From assembly GCF_044647545.1 (NCBI RefSeq), contig NZ_CP172818.1: a stretch of DNA of 64,000 nt; one strand, given 5' to 3'. The notes under the pieces are model-generated. The model had not been told where the DNA came from, searched no databases, and saw only the letters and a program-made list of their open reading frames with translations. This document shows positions 1 through 10,752 of the stretch, in pieces (the stretch's first letter is position 1; every line of letters starts with the position of its first letter). The position numbers and the translations under genes were made by a program. The DNA comes from Escherichia coli (GTDB lineage Bacteria > Pseudomonadota > Gammaproteobacteria > Enterobacterales > Enterobacteriaceae).

Positions 1-216
1 ACTCGCTGGCAACAGGCCGGGCAAAAGGTGAAGCCTGGTTTCAAATTAGCAGGCAAGCTGGTACTTCTTACCGCACTGCGCTATGGCCCGGCGGGTGTGG
101 CGGGCTGGGCGATAAAATCAGTTGCTCGCCGACCGCTGAAAATGTTGCTGGCTGTGGCGCTGGAACCGCTGTTAAGTCGGGCTGCCAATAAACTGGCGCA
201 GCGTTATAAAAGGTGA
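1..216 (+). CDS. pspD: phage shock protein D, 3' portion (start codon lies upstream of window)
   Basis: Frame 1 open from position 1 to TGA at 214-216; translation ...[47 protein letters not shown]... matches recalled PspD; directly upstream of pspE as in the psp operon. Confidence 0.8.
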
Positions 217-290
217 GGGGAGTTTCGCAAAAATTGTTAAAGCTAAGGCGTATTATGGATGGCAATTTTCATCCATAGAAGGACGCTTAC

Positions 291-605
291 ATGTTTAAAA
301 AAGGCTTACTTGCTCTGGCACTGGTGTTTTCACTGCCCGTTTTCGCCGCTGAACACTGGATCGATGTTCGTGTTCCTGAGCAGTATCAGCAAGAGCACGT
401 TCAGGGGGCCATCAATATTCCCCTGAAGGAAGTGAAAGAGCGCATTGCCACCGCCGTTCCGGATAAAAACGACACCGTGAAAGTGTATTGCAATGCCGGA
501 CGCCAGTCAGGGCAGGCAAAAGACATCCTTAGCGAGATGGGATATACCCACGTTGAGAACGCCGGCGGCCTGAAAGACATCGCAATGCCGAAGGTCAAAG
601 GTTAA
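291..605 (+). CDS. pspE: periplasmic rhodanese (thiosulfate sulfurtransferase) PspE
   Basis: 104 aa ORF with signal peptide (MFKKGLLALALVFSLPVFA) and rhodanese active-site region (VYCNAGRQS); position after pspD. Confidence 0.9.
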   Translation: MFKKGLLALALVFSLPVFAAEHWIDVRVPEQYQQEHVQGAINIPLKEVKERIATAVPDKNDTVKVYCNAGRQSGQAKDILSEMGYTHVENAGGLKDIAMPKVKG

Positions 606-618
606 AAGAATCCACCCT

Positions 619-648
619 AAGCGGCGCTTATGCGCCGTTTACTTTTTC
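619..648 (+). terminator. intrinsic terminator downstream of pspE
   Basis: GC-rich hairpin aagcggcgc-ttat-gcgccgttt followed by T-rich run, 14 nt after pspE stop. Confidence 0.5.
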
Positions 649-818
649 TGTCACACCTTATTTACATCCCCATAGATTATTTGCGTCAGCTCACAAATAC
701 GCTTTTTCCCTGGTAAAAAATGATTTCCTGCGTGACTAAAACCCTTGTGCTCAATTGACAGTTTATTTTCTGCGGAGTAGTCTCTCGCTTCATGGGACCG
801 CTACCACGGAAAGGCAAC

Positions 819-2498
819 ATGAAACAGAAAATTACGGATTACCTGGACGAAATCTACGGTGGAACATTTACCACAACTCATTTACAGAAACTTGTAACGC
901 GTCTTGAGAGTGCGAAACGATTAATTACACTGCGACGTAAAAAACACTGGGATGAAAGTGATGTCGTGTTAATCACCTATGCCGATCAATTTCACAGTAA
1001 TGATTTAAAACCACTACCCACATTTAATCAGTTTTACCCTCAATGGCTGCAAAGCATTTTTTCACATGTTCATTTATTACCTTTTTATCCATGGTCATCT
1101 GATGATGGCTTTTCGGTAATTGATTATCAACAGGTCGCTAGTGAAGCGGGGGAGTGGCAGGATATTCAGCAACTCGGTGAATGCAGTCATTTAATGTTTG
1201 ATTTTGTCTGCAACCATATGTCGGCAAAAAGTGAATGGTTTAAAAACTATTTACAACAGCAGCCAGGTTTTGAAGATTTTTTTATTGCCGTTGACCCGCA
1301 AACCGATCTCAGCGTCGTCACTCGCCCGCGTGCGTTACCGTTATTAACGCCATTCCAGATGCGCGATCATTCAACGCGCCATTTATGGACCACCTTTAGT
1401 GACGATCAAATTGACCTGAATTACCGTAGCCCTGAAGTGTTACTGGCGATGGTGGATGTATTGCTGTGCTACCTGGAAAAGGGCGCAGAATATGTCCGTC
1501 TGGATGCCGTTGGCTTTATGTGGAAAGAGCCGGGAACAAGCTGCATCCATCTGGAAAAAACACATCTGATTATCAAACTGTTACGGTCGATTATTGATGA
1601 CGTAGCACCAGGTACAGTGATCATTACCGAGACCAATGTTCCGCACAGAGACAACATTGCTTACTTTGGCAACGGTGATGACGAAGCGCATATGGTGTAC
1701 CAGTTCTCGCTGCCGCCGCTGGTGCTGCATGCGGTGCAAAAACAGAACGTTGAGGCGCTTTGTGCGTGGGCGCAAAACCTGACACTACCTTCCAGCAACA
1801 CCACCTGGTTTAACTTCCTCGCCTCTCACGATGGCATCGGGCTTAACCCACTGCGTGGCTTGCTACCCGAAAGCGAAATATTAGCGCTGGTCGAGGCATT
1901 ACAGCAGGAAGGGGCATTAGTTAACTGGAAAAATAATCCCGACGGTACGCGTAGCCCGTATGAAATGAATGTCACTTATATGGATGCGTTAAACCGCCGC
2001 GAGAGTAGCGATGAAGAACGTTGCGCCAGGTTTATCCTTGCCCATGCGATTTTGTTAAGTTTCCCCGGTGTGCCAGCGATATATATTCAAAGTATTCTGG
2101 GCTCGCGTAATGATTACGCAGGTGTCGAAAAACTGGAATATAACCGTGCGATTAACCGTAAAAAATATTACAGTGAAGAGATCACGACCGAACTGAACAA
2201 TAAAACGACGTTAAGGCACGCGGTATATCATGAATTGTCGCGACTAATTAAAATTCGTCGAAGTCATAACGAGTTTCATCCAGATAATGATTTTACCATC
2301 GACACGGTTAATTCATCCGTAATGTGTATTCAAAGAAGCAACGCGGATGGTAATTGTCTGACAGGATTGTTTAATGTCAGTGAAAATATTCAGCATATAA
2401 ATATTACTGGCCTGCACGGTCGGGATCTGATTAGTGAAGTTGATATAGTGGGTAATGAAATAACGCTGCGCCCCTGGCAGGTTATGTGGATTAAATAA
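819..2498 (+). CDS. ycjM: sucrose-phosphorylase-family glycoside phosphorylase (glucosylglycerate phosphorylase-like)
   Basis: ORF 792-2498; likely ATG at 819 (MKQKITDYL...); GH13-like motifs; first gene of ycjM-V cluster. Confidence 0.85.
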   Translation: MKQKITDYLDEIYGGTFTTTHLQKLVTRLESAKRLITLRRKKHWDESDVVLITYADQFHSNDLKPLPTFNQFYPQWLQSIFSHVHLLPFYPWSSDDGFSVIDYQQVASEAGEWQDIQQLGECSHLMFDFVCNHMSAKSEWFKNYLQQQPGFEDFFIAVDPQTDLSVVTRPRALPLLTPFQMRDHSTRHLWTTFSDDQIDLNYRSPEVLLAMVDVLLCYLEKGAEYVRLDAVGFMWKEPGTSCIHLEKTHLIIKLLRSIIDDVAPGTVIITETNVPHRDNIAYFGNGDDEAHMVYQFSLPPLVLHAVQKQNVEALCAWAQNLTLPSSNTTWFNFLASHDGIGLNPLRGLLPESEILALVEALQQEGALVNWKNNPDGTRSPYEMNVTYMDALNRRESSDEERCARFILAHAILLSFPGVPAIYIQSILGSRNDYAGVEKLEYNRAINRKKYYSEEITTELNNKTTLRHAVYHELSRLIKIRRSHNEFHPDNDFTIDTVNSSVMCIQRSNADGNCLTGLFNVSENIQHINITGLHGRDLISEVDIVGNEITLRPWQVMWIK

Positions 2499-2511
2499 AA
2501 AGGAACATCTC

Positions 2512-3804
2512 ATGATTAAATCAAAAATCGTGCTGTTATCAGCACTGGTTTCCTGCGCCCTGATTTCAGGTTGTAAAGAAGAAAATAAAACGAATGTCTC
2601 CATTGAGTTTATGCATTCTTCGGTGGAACAGGAACGCCAGGCGGTAATTAGTCAGTTAATTGCGCGTTTTGAAAAAGAAAACCCGGGCATCACCGTTAAA
2701 CAAGTGCCCGTGGAAGAAGACGCCTATAACACCAAAGTCATTACCCTTTCACGTAGTGGTTCGCTGCCGGAAGTGATCGAAACCAGCCATGACTACGCCA
2801 AAGTTATGGACAAAGAGCAGCTTATCGATCGCCTGGCGGTTGCCACGGTCATCAGCAACGTCGGTGAAGGCGCGTTCTACGATGGCGTTCTGCGGATTGT
2901 GCGCACCGAAGATGGTAGCGCATGGACCGGTGTTCCTGTCAGCGCCTGGATTGGCGGCATCTGGTATCGCAAAGATGTGCTGGCAAAAGCCGGGCTGGAT
3001 GAGCCGAAAAACTGGCAACAGTTGCTGGATGTCGCACAGAAACTGAACGATCCGGCGAATAAAAAATACGGTATTGCACTGCCGACGGCAGAAAGCGTGC
3101 TGACGGAGCAATCTTTCTCCCAGTTTGCGTTATCCAATCAGGCTAACGTCTTTAACGCCGAAGGCAAAATCACCCTTGATACCCCAGAGATGATGCAGGC
3201 GCTGACCTATTACCGCGACCTTGCTGCCAACACCATGCCGGGTTCTAACGACATTATGGAAGTGAAAGACGCCTTTATGAACGGCACCGCGCCGATGGCG
3301 ATTTACTCCACCTATATCCTTCCGGCTGTGATTAAAGAAGGCGACCCGAAAAATGTCGGTTTCGTGGTGCCAACCGAGAAAAACTCGGCGGTCTACGGCA
3401 TGTTGACCTCGCTAACCATTACCGCCGGGCAAAAGAGCGAAGAGACGGAGGCGGCGGAAAAATTTGTCACCTTTATGGAGCAGGCGGACAACATTGCCGA
3501 CTGGGTGATGATGTCGCCAGGCGCGGCGCTGCCGGTGAACAAAGCGGTTGTGACGACTGCCACCTGGAAAGATAACGACGTGATTAAGGCGCTGGGAGAC
3601 TTGCCGAATCAGTTGATTAGCGAACTGCCAAATATTCAGGTCTTTGGCGCAGTAGGGGATAAAAACTTTACCCGCATGGGCGATGTGACGGGGTCTGGCG
3701 TGGTGAGTTCAATGGTGCATAACGTCACCGTGGGGAAAGCCGATCTCCCTGGCACGCTGCAAGCGAGCCAGAAAAAGCTGGATGAACTGATCGAACAGCA
3801 CTAA
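2512..3804 (+). CDS. ycjN: ABC transporter periplasmic sugar-binding lipoprotein
   Basis: 430 aa ORF, N-terminal lipoprotein signal (LLSALVSCALISGC), family 1 solute-binding protein features, operon context. Confidence 0.85.
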   Translation: MIKSKIVLLSALVSCALISGCKEENKTNVSIEFMHSSVEQERQAVISQLIARFEKENPGITVKQVPVEEDAYNTKVITLSRSGSLPEVIETSHDYAKVMDKEQLIDRLAVATVISNVGEGAFYDGVLRIVRTEDGSAWTGVPVSAWIGGIWYRKDVLAKAGLDEPKNWQQLLDVAQKLNDPANKKYGIALPTAESVLTEQSFSQFALSNQANVFNAEGKITLDTPEMMQALTYYRDLAANTMPGSNDIMEVKDAFMNGTAPMAIYSTYILPAVIKEGDPKNVGFVVPTEKNSAVYGMLTSLTITAGQKSEETEAAEKFVTFMEQADNIADWVMMSPGAALPVNKAVVTTATWKDNDVIKALGDLPNQLISELPNIQVFGAVGDKNFTRMGDVTGSGVVSSMVHNVTVGKADLPGTLQASQKKLDELIEQH

Positions 3805-3824
3805 ACCCAGGACAGGAATCCGCA

Positions 3825-4706
3825 ATGAACAGGCTTTTTTCAGGTCGTTCCGATATGCCTTTTGCACTGCTGCTTCTCGCGCCCAGCTTATTACTGCTGG
3901 GCGGTCTGGTGGCGTGGCCGATGGTGTCGAATATCGAAATCAGTTTTTTACGTCTGCCGCTCAATCCCAACATCGAGTCAACCTTTGTTGGGGTGAGTAA
4001 CTATGTGCGTATTCTCTCCGATCCCGGCTTCTGGCACTCGCTGTGGATGACGGTCTGGTATACCGCGCTGGTGGTGGCGGGCAGCACCGTGCTCGGGCTG
4101 GCCGTGGCGATGTTTTTCAACCGCGAGTTCCGCCTGCGCAAAACCGCGCGTTCGCTGGTGATCCTCTCCTACGTAACGCCGTCTATTTCGCTGGTGTTCG
4201 CCTGGAAATACATGTTCAACAACGGTTACGGCATTGTGAACTACCTCGGCGTCGATCTTCTGCATCTCTATGAGCAGGCACCGCTGTGGTTCGATAATCC
4301 GGGCAGTAGCTTTGTGCTGGTGGTGCTGTTCGCCATCTGGCGCTACTTCCCCTATGCCTTTATTTCGTTTCTGGCGATTTTGCAGACCATCGACAAATCG
4401 CTGTACGAAGCGGCAGAGATGGATGGCGCTAATGCCTGGCAACGGTTTCGTATCGTCACGCTGCCCGCGATTATGCCGGTCCTGGCGACGGTGGTGACCC
4501 TGCGCACCATCTGGATGTTCTACATGTTCGCGGATGTTTATCTGCTGACGACCAAGGTCGATATTCTCGGTGTCTATCTCTACAAAACCGCCTTTGCCTT
4601 TAATGACTTAGGGAAAGCGGCGGCGATCTCGGTGGTGCTCTTCATCATTATTTTCGCTGTCATTCTGCTGACCAGGAAACGGGTGAACCTCAATGGCAAC
4701 AAATAA
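3825..4706 (+). CDS. ycjO: ABC transporter permease (MalF-like)
   Basis: 293 aa multi-TM ORF with permease EAA-like loop; overlaps ycjP start by 14 nt (translational coupling). Confidence 0.85.
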   Translation: MNRLFSGRSDMPFALLLLAPSLLLLGGLVAWPMVSNIEISFLRLPLNPNIESTFVGVSNYVRILSDPGFWHSLWMTVWYTALVVAGSTVLGLAVAMFFNREFRLRKTARSLVILSYVTPSISLVFAWKYMFNNGYGIVNYLGVDLLHLYEQAPLWFDNPGSSFVLVVLFAIWRYFPYAFISFLAILQTIDKSLYEAAEMDGANAWQRFRIVTLPAIMPVLATVVTLRTIWMFYMFADVYLLTTKVDILGVYLYKTAFAFNDLGKAAAISVVLFIIIFAVILLTRKRVNLNGNK

Positions 4707-5535
4707 ACGCACACTCAGTCGCATCGGTTTTTACTGCGGGCTGGCGCTGTTTCTCATCATCACGCTGTTTCCGTTTTTTGTGATGCTGATGACCTCGTTC
4801 AAGAGCGCAAAAGAGGCGATCTCGCTGCATCCTACGCTGCTGCCGCAGCAGTGGACGCTGGAGCATTATGTCGACATTTTTAACCCGATGATTTTCCCGT
4901 TTGTCGATTATTTCCGTAACAGCATGGTGGTGTCGGTAGTTTCATCCGTGATAGCAGTATTTCTCGGCATTCTCGGGGCTTACGCGCTTTCCCGCCTGCG
5001 CTTTAAAGGGCGAATGACCATCAACGCCAGCTTCTACACGGTGTACATGTTCTCCGGCATTTTGCTGGTGGTGCCGCTGTTCAAAATCATCACCGCGCTT
5101 GGCGTTTACGACACCGAGATGGCGCTGATCATCACCATGGTTACGCAAACCCTGCCTACCGCCGTGTTTATGCTGAAAAGCTACTTCGACACCATCCCCG
5201 ATGAAATCGAAGAAGCGGCGATGATGGATGGCCTCAACCGGCTGCAAATCATCTTCCGCATCACGGTACCGCTGGCGATGTCCGGGCTGATATCCGTATT
5301 CGTCTACTGCTTTATGGTGGCATGGAACGACTATCTGTTTGCGTCGATTTTCCTCTCCAGCGCCAGCAATTTCACCTTACCAGTCGGCCTGAACGCGCTG
5401 TTCAGTACGCCTGATTACATCTGGGGACGGATGATGGCGGCCTCGCTGGTGACCGCATTGCCGGTGGTGATTATGTATGCGCTTTCGGAGCGTTTTATTA
5501 AGAGTGGTTTGACCGCCGGTGGCGTGAAGGGCTAA
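4693..5535 (+). CDS. ycjP: ABC transporter permease (MalG-like)
   Basis: 280 aa multi-TM ORF with EAAxxDG motif (EEAAMMDGLNRLQIIFRITVP). Confidence 0.85.
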   Translation: MATNKRTLSRIGFYCGLALFLIITLFPFFVMLMTSFKSAKEAISLHPTLLPQQWTLEHYVDIFNPMIFPFVDYFRNSMVVSVVSSVIAVFLGILGAYALSRLRFKGRMTINASFYTVYMFSGILLVVPLFKIITALGVYDTEMALIITMVTQTLPTAVFMLKSYFDTIPDEIEEAAMMDGLNRLQIIFRITVPLAMSGLISVFVYCFMVAWNDYLFASIFLSSASNFTLPVGLNALFSTPDYIWGRMMAASLVTALPVVIMYALSERFIKSGLTAGGVKG

Positions 5536-5565
5536 AGCGGCCAGTTTCTTGACAAGGAGTTTTAC

Positions 5566-6618
5566 ATGAAAAAGTTAGTAGCCACAGCACCGCGCGTTGC
5601 CGCGCTGGTTGAGTATGAAGATCGGGCGATTTTAGCCAATGAAGTGAAGATCCGCGTGCGTTTCGGCGCACCGAAACACGGAACGGAAGTGGTCGACTTC
5701 CGCGCCGCCAGCCCGTTTATCGATGAAGACTTTAACGGCGAGTGGCAGATGTTCACCCCGCGTCCCGCAGATGCGCCGCGCGGCATTGAGTTTGGCAAAT
5801 TCCAGCTTGGCAACATGGTGGTTGGCGACATTATCGAGTGCGGCAGCGACGTTACCGACTACGCGGTGGGCGACAGCGTATGCGGCTACGGCCCGCTCTC
5901 CGAGACGGTCATCATTAACGCAGTGAATAACTACAAGCTGCGCAAAATGCCGCAAGGCAGCTCCTGGAAAAACGCCGTCTGTTACGACCCGGCGCAGTTT
6001 GCCATGAGCGGCGTGCGCGATGCCAACGTACGCGTAGGGGATTTTGTCGTGGTGGTAGGGCTTGGCGCGATCGGTCAAATTGCCATCCAACTGGCAAAAC
6101 GCGCTGGCGCGTCGGTGGTAATTGGCGTCGATCCTATTACCCGTCGTTGTGAGATTGCCCGTCGCCACGGTGCGGATTTCTGTCTTAACCCCATTGGCGC
6201 TGACGTAGGTAAAGAGATCAAAACGCTGACCGGCAAGCAGGGTGCCGATGTGATTATCGAAACCAGCGGCTACGCCGACGCGCTGCAATCGGCACTTCGC
6301 GGCCTGGCATATGGCGGCACCATCTCGTATGTCGCATTTGCCAAACCATTTGCCGAAGGTTTCAACCTCGGACGTGAAGCCCATTTCAACAACGCCAAAA
6401 TTGTCTTCTCTCGTGCGTGCAGTGAACCGAACCCGGATTATCCGCGCTGGAGTCGCAAGCGTATTGAAGAAACCTGCTGGGAATTGCTGATGAACGGTTA
6501 TCTCAATTGTGAAGATTTGATCGACCCGGTGGTGACCTTTGCCAATAGCCCGGAAAGCTACATGCAGTATGTCGATCAGCATCCGGAACAGAGCATCAAA
6601 ATGGGCGTTACGTTTTAA
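5566..6618 (+). CDS. ycjQ: Zn-dependent medium-chain dehydrogenase (sugar 3-dehydrogenase family)
   Basis: 350 aa ORF with Rossmann GLGAIG motif; RBS aaggag upstream; operon context. Confidence 0.85.
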   Translation: MKKLVATAPRVAALVEYEDRAILANEVKIRVRFGAPKHGTEVVDFRAASPFIDEDFNGEWQMFTPRPADAPRGIEFGKFQLGNMVVGDIIECGSDVTDYAVGDSVCGYGPLSETVIINAVNNYKLRKMPQGSSWKNAVCYDPAQFAMSGVRDANVRVGDFVVVVGLGAIGQIAIQLAKRAGASVVIGVDPITRRCEIARRHGADFCLNPIGADVGKEIKTLTGKQGADVIIETSGYADALQSALRGLAYGGTISYVAFAKPFAEGFNLGREAHFNNAKIVFSRACSEPNPDYPRWSRKRIEETCWELLMNGYLNCEDLIDPVVTFANSPESYMQYVDQHPEQSIKMGVTF

Positions 6619-6635
6619 TTCAAAGGAATGAAAAA

Positions 6636-7424
6636 ATGAAAATAGGCACACAGAATCAGGCATTCTTTCCGGAAAATATTCTGGAGAAATTTCGTTATAT
6701 CAAAGAGATGGGCTTCGATGGTTTTGAGATTGACGGCAAACTGCTGGTCAACAACATCGAAGAAGTCAAAGCGGCAATCAAAGAAACCGGCTTACCGGTG
6801 ACCACCGCCTGCGGCGGCTATGACGGCTGGATTGGCGACTTTATCGAAGAGCGTCGTCTTAATGGCTTAAAGCAGATCGAACGCATTCTTGAAGCGCTGG
6901 CCGAAGTGGGCGGTAAAGGTATCGTCGTTCCTGCTGCATGGGGCATGTTTACCTTCCGTTTACCGCCGATGACCTCGCCGCGCAGCCTGGATGGCGACCG
7001 CAAAATGGTGAGTGATTCCCTGCGCGTACTGGAGCAGGTGGCAGCGCGTACCGGAACCGTGGTGTATCTCGAACCGTTAAACCGTTATCAGGATCACATG
7101 ATCAACACCCTCGCCGATGCCCGCCGTTACATCGTCGAAAACGATCTTAAACATGTACAGATTATCGGCGATTTCTATCACATGAATATCGAAGAAGATA
7201 ACCTGGCGCAGGCGTTGCACGACAACCGCGACTTGCTCGGTCATGTGCATATTGCCGATAACCATCGTTACCAGCCGGGCAGCGGCACCCTCGATTTCCA
7301 CGCGCTGTTTGAACAGCTGCGCGCCGATAACTATCAGGGTTATGTGGTGTATGAAGGGCGTATCCGGGCAGAAGATCCTGCCCAGGCGTACCGTGATTCT
7401 TTGGCCTGGGTGCGTACCTGCTAA
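6636..7424 (+). CDS. ycjR: sugar phosphate isomerase/epimerase (xylose isomerase-like TIM barrel)
   Basis: 262 aa ORF, TIM-barrel epimerase family features, operon context. Confidence 0.85.
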   Translation: MKIGTQNQAFFPENILEKFRYIKEMGFDGFEIDGKLLVNNIEEVKAAIKETGLPVTTACGGYDGWIGDFIEERRLNGLKQIERILEALAEVGGKGIVVPAAWGMFTFRLPPMTSPRSLDGDRKMVSDSLRVLEQVAARTGTVVYLEPLNRYQDHMINTLADARRYIVENDLKHVQIIGDFYHMNIEEDNLAQALHDNRDLLGHVHIADNHRYQPGSGTLDFHALFEQLRADNYQGYVVYEGRIRAEDPAQAYRDSLAWVRTC

Positions 7425-7433
7425 GAGGTCTTT

Positions 7434-8489
7434 GTGAAAAGTGCAATGACAAGCTCTCCGCTGCGAGTCGCGATCATAGGCGCGGGCCAGGTGGCGGATA
7501 AAGTTCATGCTTCGTACTACTGCACCCGCAACGATCTGGAACTGGTGGCTGTCTGTGACAGCCGCCTTTCCCAGGCGCAGGCGCTGGCAGAAAAATACGG
7601 GAATGCATCCGTGTGGGACGATCCGCAGGCCATGCTGCTGGCGGTGAAACCTGATGTGGTTAGCGTCTGCTCACCTAACCGTTTTCATTACGAACATACC
7701 CTGATGGCGCTGGAAGCGGGCTGCCATGTGATGTGCGAAAAACCGCCCGCCATGACGCCAGAACAAGCGCGGGAAATGTGCGATACCGCGCGCAAACAGG
7801 GCAAGGTGCTGGCCTACGACTTTCACCATCGTTTTGCACTCGATACGCAACAGCTGCGTGAACAGGTGACCAACGGCGTTTTGGGAGAGATTTACGTTAC
7901 CACCGCCCGCGCCCTGCGTCGCTGCGGTGTTCCCGGCTGGGGTGTCTTTACTAATAAAGAATTGCAGGGCGGCGGGCCGCTTATTGACATCGGCATTCAT
8001 ATGCTGGATGCGGCGATGTATGTACTGGGCTTTCCGGCGGTGAAAAGCGTGACCGCGCATAGCTTTCAAAAGATCGGAACGCAAAAGAGCTGCGGTCAAT
8101 TTGGCGAGTGGGACCCGGCAACCTACAGCGTCGAAGATTCGCTGTTTGGCACCATTGAATTTCATAACGGCGGCATTCTGTGGCTTGAGACCTCATTTGC
8201 ACTCAACATCCGCGAACAGTCGATTATGAACGTCAGCTTTTGTGGTGATAAAGCCGGGGCGACGCTGTTTCCAGCACATATCTACACCGATAACAACGGT
8301 GAGTTAATGACGCTGATGCAACGGGAAATGGCAGACGACAACCGTCATCTGCGCAGTATGGAAGCCTTTATCAACCACGTACAAGGTAAGCCCGTGATGA
8401 TAGCCGACGCCGAGCAGGGGTACATCATCCAGCAACTGGTGGCGGCGTTGTATCAATCCGCAGAAACAGGAACGCGTGTGGAATTATGA
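7434..8489 (+). CDS. ycjS: Gfo/Idh/MocA family NAD-dependent oxidoreductase
   Basis: 351 aa ORF starting at GTG; N-terminal Rossmann (VAIIGAGQVA); operon context. Confidence 0.85.
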   Translation: MKSAMTSSPLRVAIIGAGQVADKVHASYYCTRNDLELVAVCDSRLSQAQALAEKYGNASVWDDPQAMLLAVKPDVVSVCSPNRFHYEHTLMALEAGCHVMCEKPPAMTPEQAREMCDTARKQGKVLAYDFHHRFALDTQQLREQVTNGVLGEIYVTTARALRRCGVPGWGVFTNKELQGGGPLIDIGIHMLDAAMYVLGFPAVKSVTAHSFQKIGTQKSCGQFGEWDPATYSVEDSLFGTIEFHNGGILWLETSFALNIREQSIMNVSFCGDKAGATLFPAHIYTDNNGELMTLMQREMADDNRHLRSMEAFINHVQGKPVMIADAEQGYIIQQLVAALYQSAETGTRVEL

Positions 8490-10752
8490 CCAGGCCAGTA
8501 ACGTTAACGGAACCCCATTTCAGCCAGCATACCCTGAACAAGTATGCTTCGCTGATGGCGCAGGGGAACGGCTATCTTGGGCTTCGCGCCAGCCATGAAG
8601 AAGATTATACGCGCCAGACACGCGGTATGTATCTGGCGGGGCTTTATCATCGCGCGGGGAAAATGACATCAACGAACTGGTGAACCTGCCTGACGTCATA
8701 GGGATGGAGATTACCTTGAATGGTGAACTTTTTGCGCTATCCCGCGAAACGTGGCAGCGCGAGCTTGACTTCGCCAGTGGTGAATTACGTCGCAATGTCG
8801 TCTGGTCTTCAGCCAGCGGCGCACGTTATGCCATTGCCAGCCGTCGCTTTGTTTCGGCAGAACAACTGCCGCTGATGGCGCTGGAAATCAGCATTACGCC
8901 GCTGGACGCTGACGCGTCAGTGCTGATTTCAACAGGCATTGACGCCACGCAAACCAACCACGGACGACAACATCTCGACGAAACCCAGGTGCGGGTGTTT
9001 GGTCAGCATTTGATGCAGGGGATCTATACCACTCAGGATGGACGCAGTGATGTGGCCATCAGCTGTTGCTGCCAGGTGAGCGGTGACGTGCAGCAATGCT
9101 ATACCGCCAAAGAGCGCCGCTTGCTGCAACATACCAGTGCACAACTACCTGCGGGCAAAACGCTGACGCTGCAAAAACGGGTGTGGATCGACTGGCGGGA
9201 CGACAGACACGTCGCTTTAGACGAGTGGGGTAGTGCATCGCTTCGTCAGCTTGAAATGTGTGTACAGCAGAGTTACGACCAACTTCTTGCAGCATCCACA
9301 GAAAACTGGCGTCAATGGTGGCAGAAACGTCGTATCACGGTAAACGGTGGCGATGCGCACGATCAGCAAGCGTTAGATTATGCGCTTTATCACCTACGCA
9401 TCATGACGCCTGCTCACGACGAGCGCAGCAGTATTGCGGCAAAAGGTTTGACCGGGGAAGGCTACAAAGGCCACGTTTTCTGGGATACGGAAGTATTTTT
9501 ACTGCCGTTCCATCTGTTTAGCGAACCGACGATTGCCAGAAGTTTACTGCGTTATCGCTGGCACAACTTGCCAGGCGCGCAGGAGAAAGCGCGACGCAAC
9601 GGCTGGCAGGGCGCGCTATTTCCGTGGGAAAGCGCGCGCAGCGGCGAAGAAGAGACGCCGGAATTTGCCGCCATTAACATTCGCACCGGGCTGCGGCAAA
9701 AAGTGGCCTCGGCGCAGGCGGAACATCATCTGGTCGCCGATATCGCCTGGGCGGTTGTTCAATACTGGCAGACCACGGGGGATGAAAGTTTCATTGCTCA
9801 TGAAGGCATGGCGCTACTTCTGGAAACTGCAAAGTTCTGGATTAGCCGCACGGTGAGGGTTAACGACCGTCTGGAAATTCATGATGTTATTGGGCCAGAC
9901 GAATATACCGAACATGTCAATAATAACGCCTTCACCAGCTATATGGCGTATTACAACGTCCAGCAGGCGCTGAACATCGCTCGTCAATTTGGCTGTAGCG
10001 ACGATGCGTTTATCCATCGCGCCGAAATGTTCCTTAAAGAACTGCGGCTGCCAGAAATTCAGCCCGACCGCGTTTTGCCGCAGGATGATTCGTTTATGGC
10101 GAAACCAGCGATTAATCTGGCGAAATACAAAGCGGCGGCGGGGAAGCAAACCATTCTGCTGGATTATTCACGCGCAGAAGTGAACGAGATGCAGATCCTC
10201 AAACAAGCTGATGTGGTGATGCTCAATTACATGCTGCCGGAGCAGTACTCAGCGGCATCGTGTCTTGCCAATCTGCAATTTTATGAACCGCGCACCATTC
10301 ACGACTCTTCACTGAGTAAAGCGATCCACGGCATTGTTGCCGCACGCTGTGGCCTGTTGGCGCAAAGTTATCAGTTCTGGCGGGAGGGGACTGAAATCGA
10401 TCTTGGTGCTGATCCGCATAGCTGTGATGACGGTATCCACGCTGCCGCAACTGGCGCAATCTGGTTGGGGGCGATTCAGGGTTTTGCCGGGGCGAGCGTG
10501 CGCAACGGTGAATTACATCTCAATCCGGCGTTACCTGAGCAGTGGCAACAGTTGTCTTTCCCTCTGTTCTGGCAGGGCTGTGAATTACAGGTCACTCTTG
10601 ACGCGCAGCGCATTGCGATTCGGACTTCTGCGCCAGTTTCACTGCGTTTGAACGGTCAGCTTATTTCAGTCTCTGAAGAATCTGTTTTCTGTTTAGGGGA
10701 TTTTATTTTGCCCTTCAATGGGACCGCTACCACGCATCAGGAGGGTGAATGA
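8486..10752 (+). pseudogene. ycjT: kojibiose phosphorylase (GH65) with reading frame interrupted by a 1-nt frameshift near 8665-8680
   Basis: Two consecutive ORFs (8486-8683 and 8680-10752) together give a GH65-like protein of about 755 aa; frame changes inside the A-run ggggaaaatgac (restoring one A gives ...HRAGKNDINELVNLPDVIGMEITLNG...). Confidence 0.7.

Noticed and set aside
5632-6663. 343-aa ORF on the minus strand entirely overlapping ycjQ
   Set aside because: Antisense to a well-supported dehydrogenase gene; no ribosome-binding site; product is Arg/Ala-rich low-complexity typical of GC-rich antisense frames
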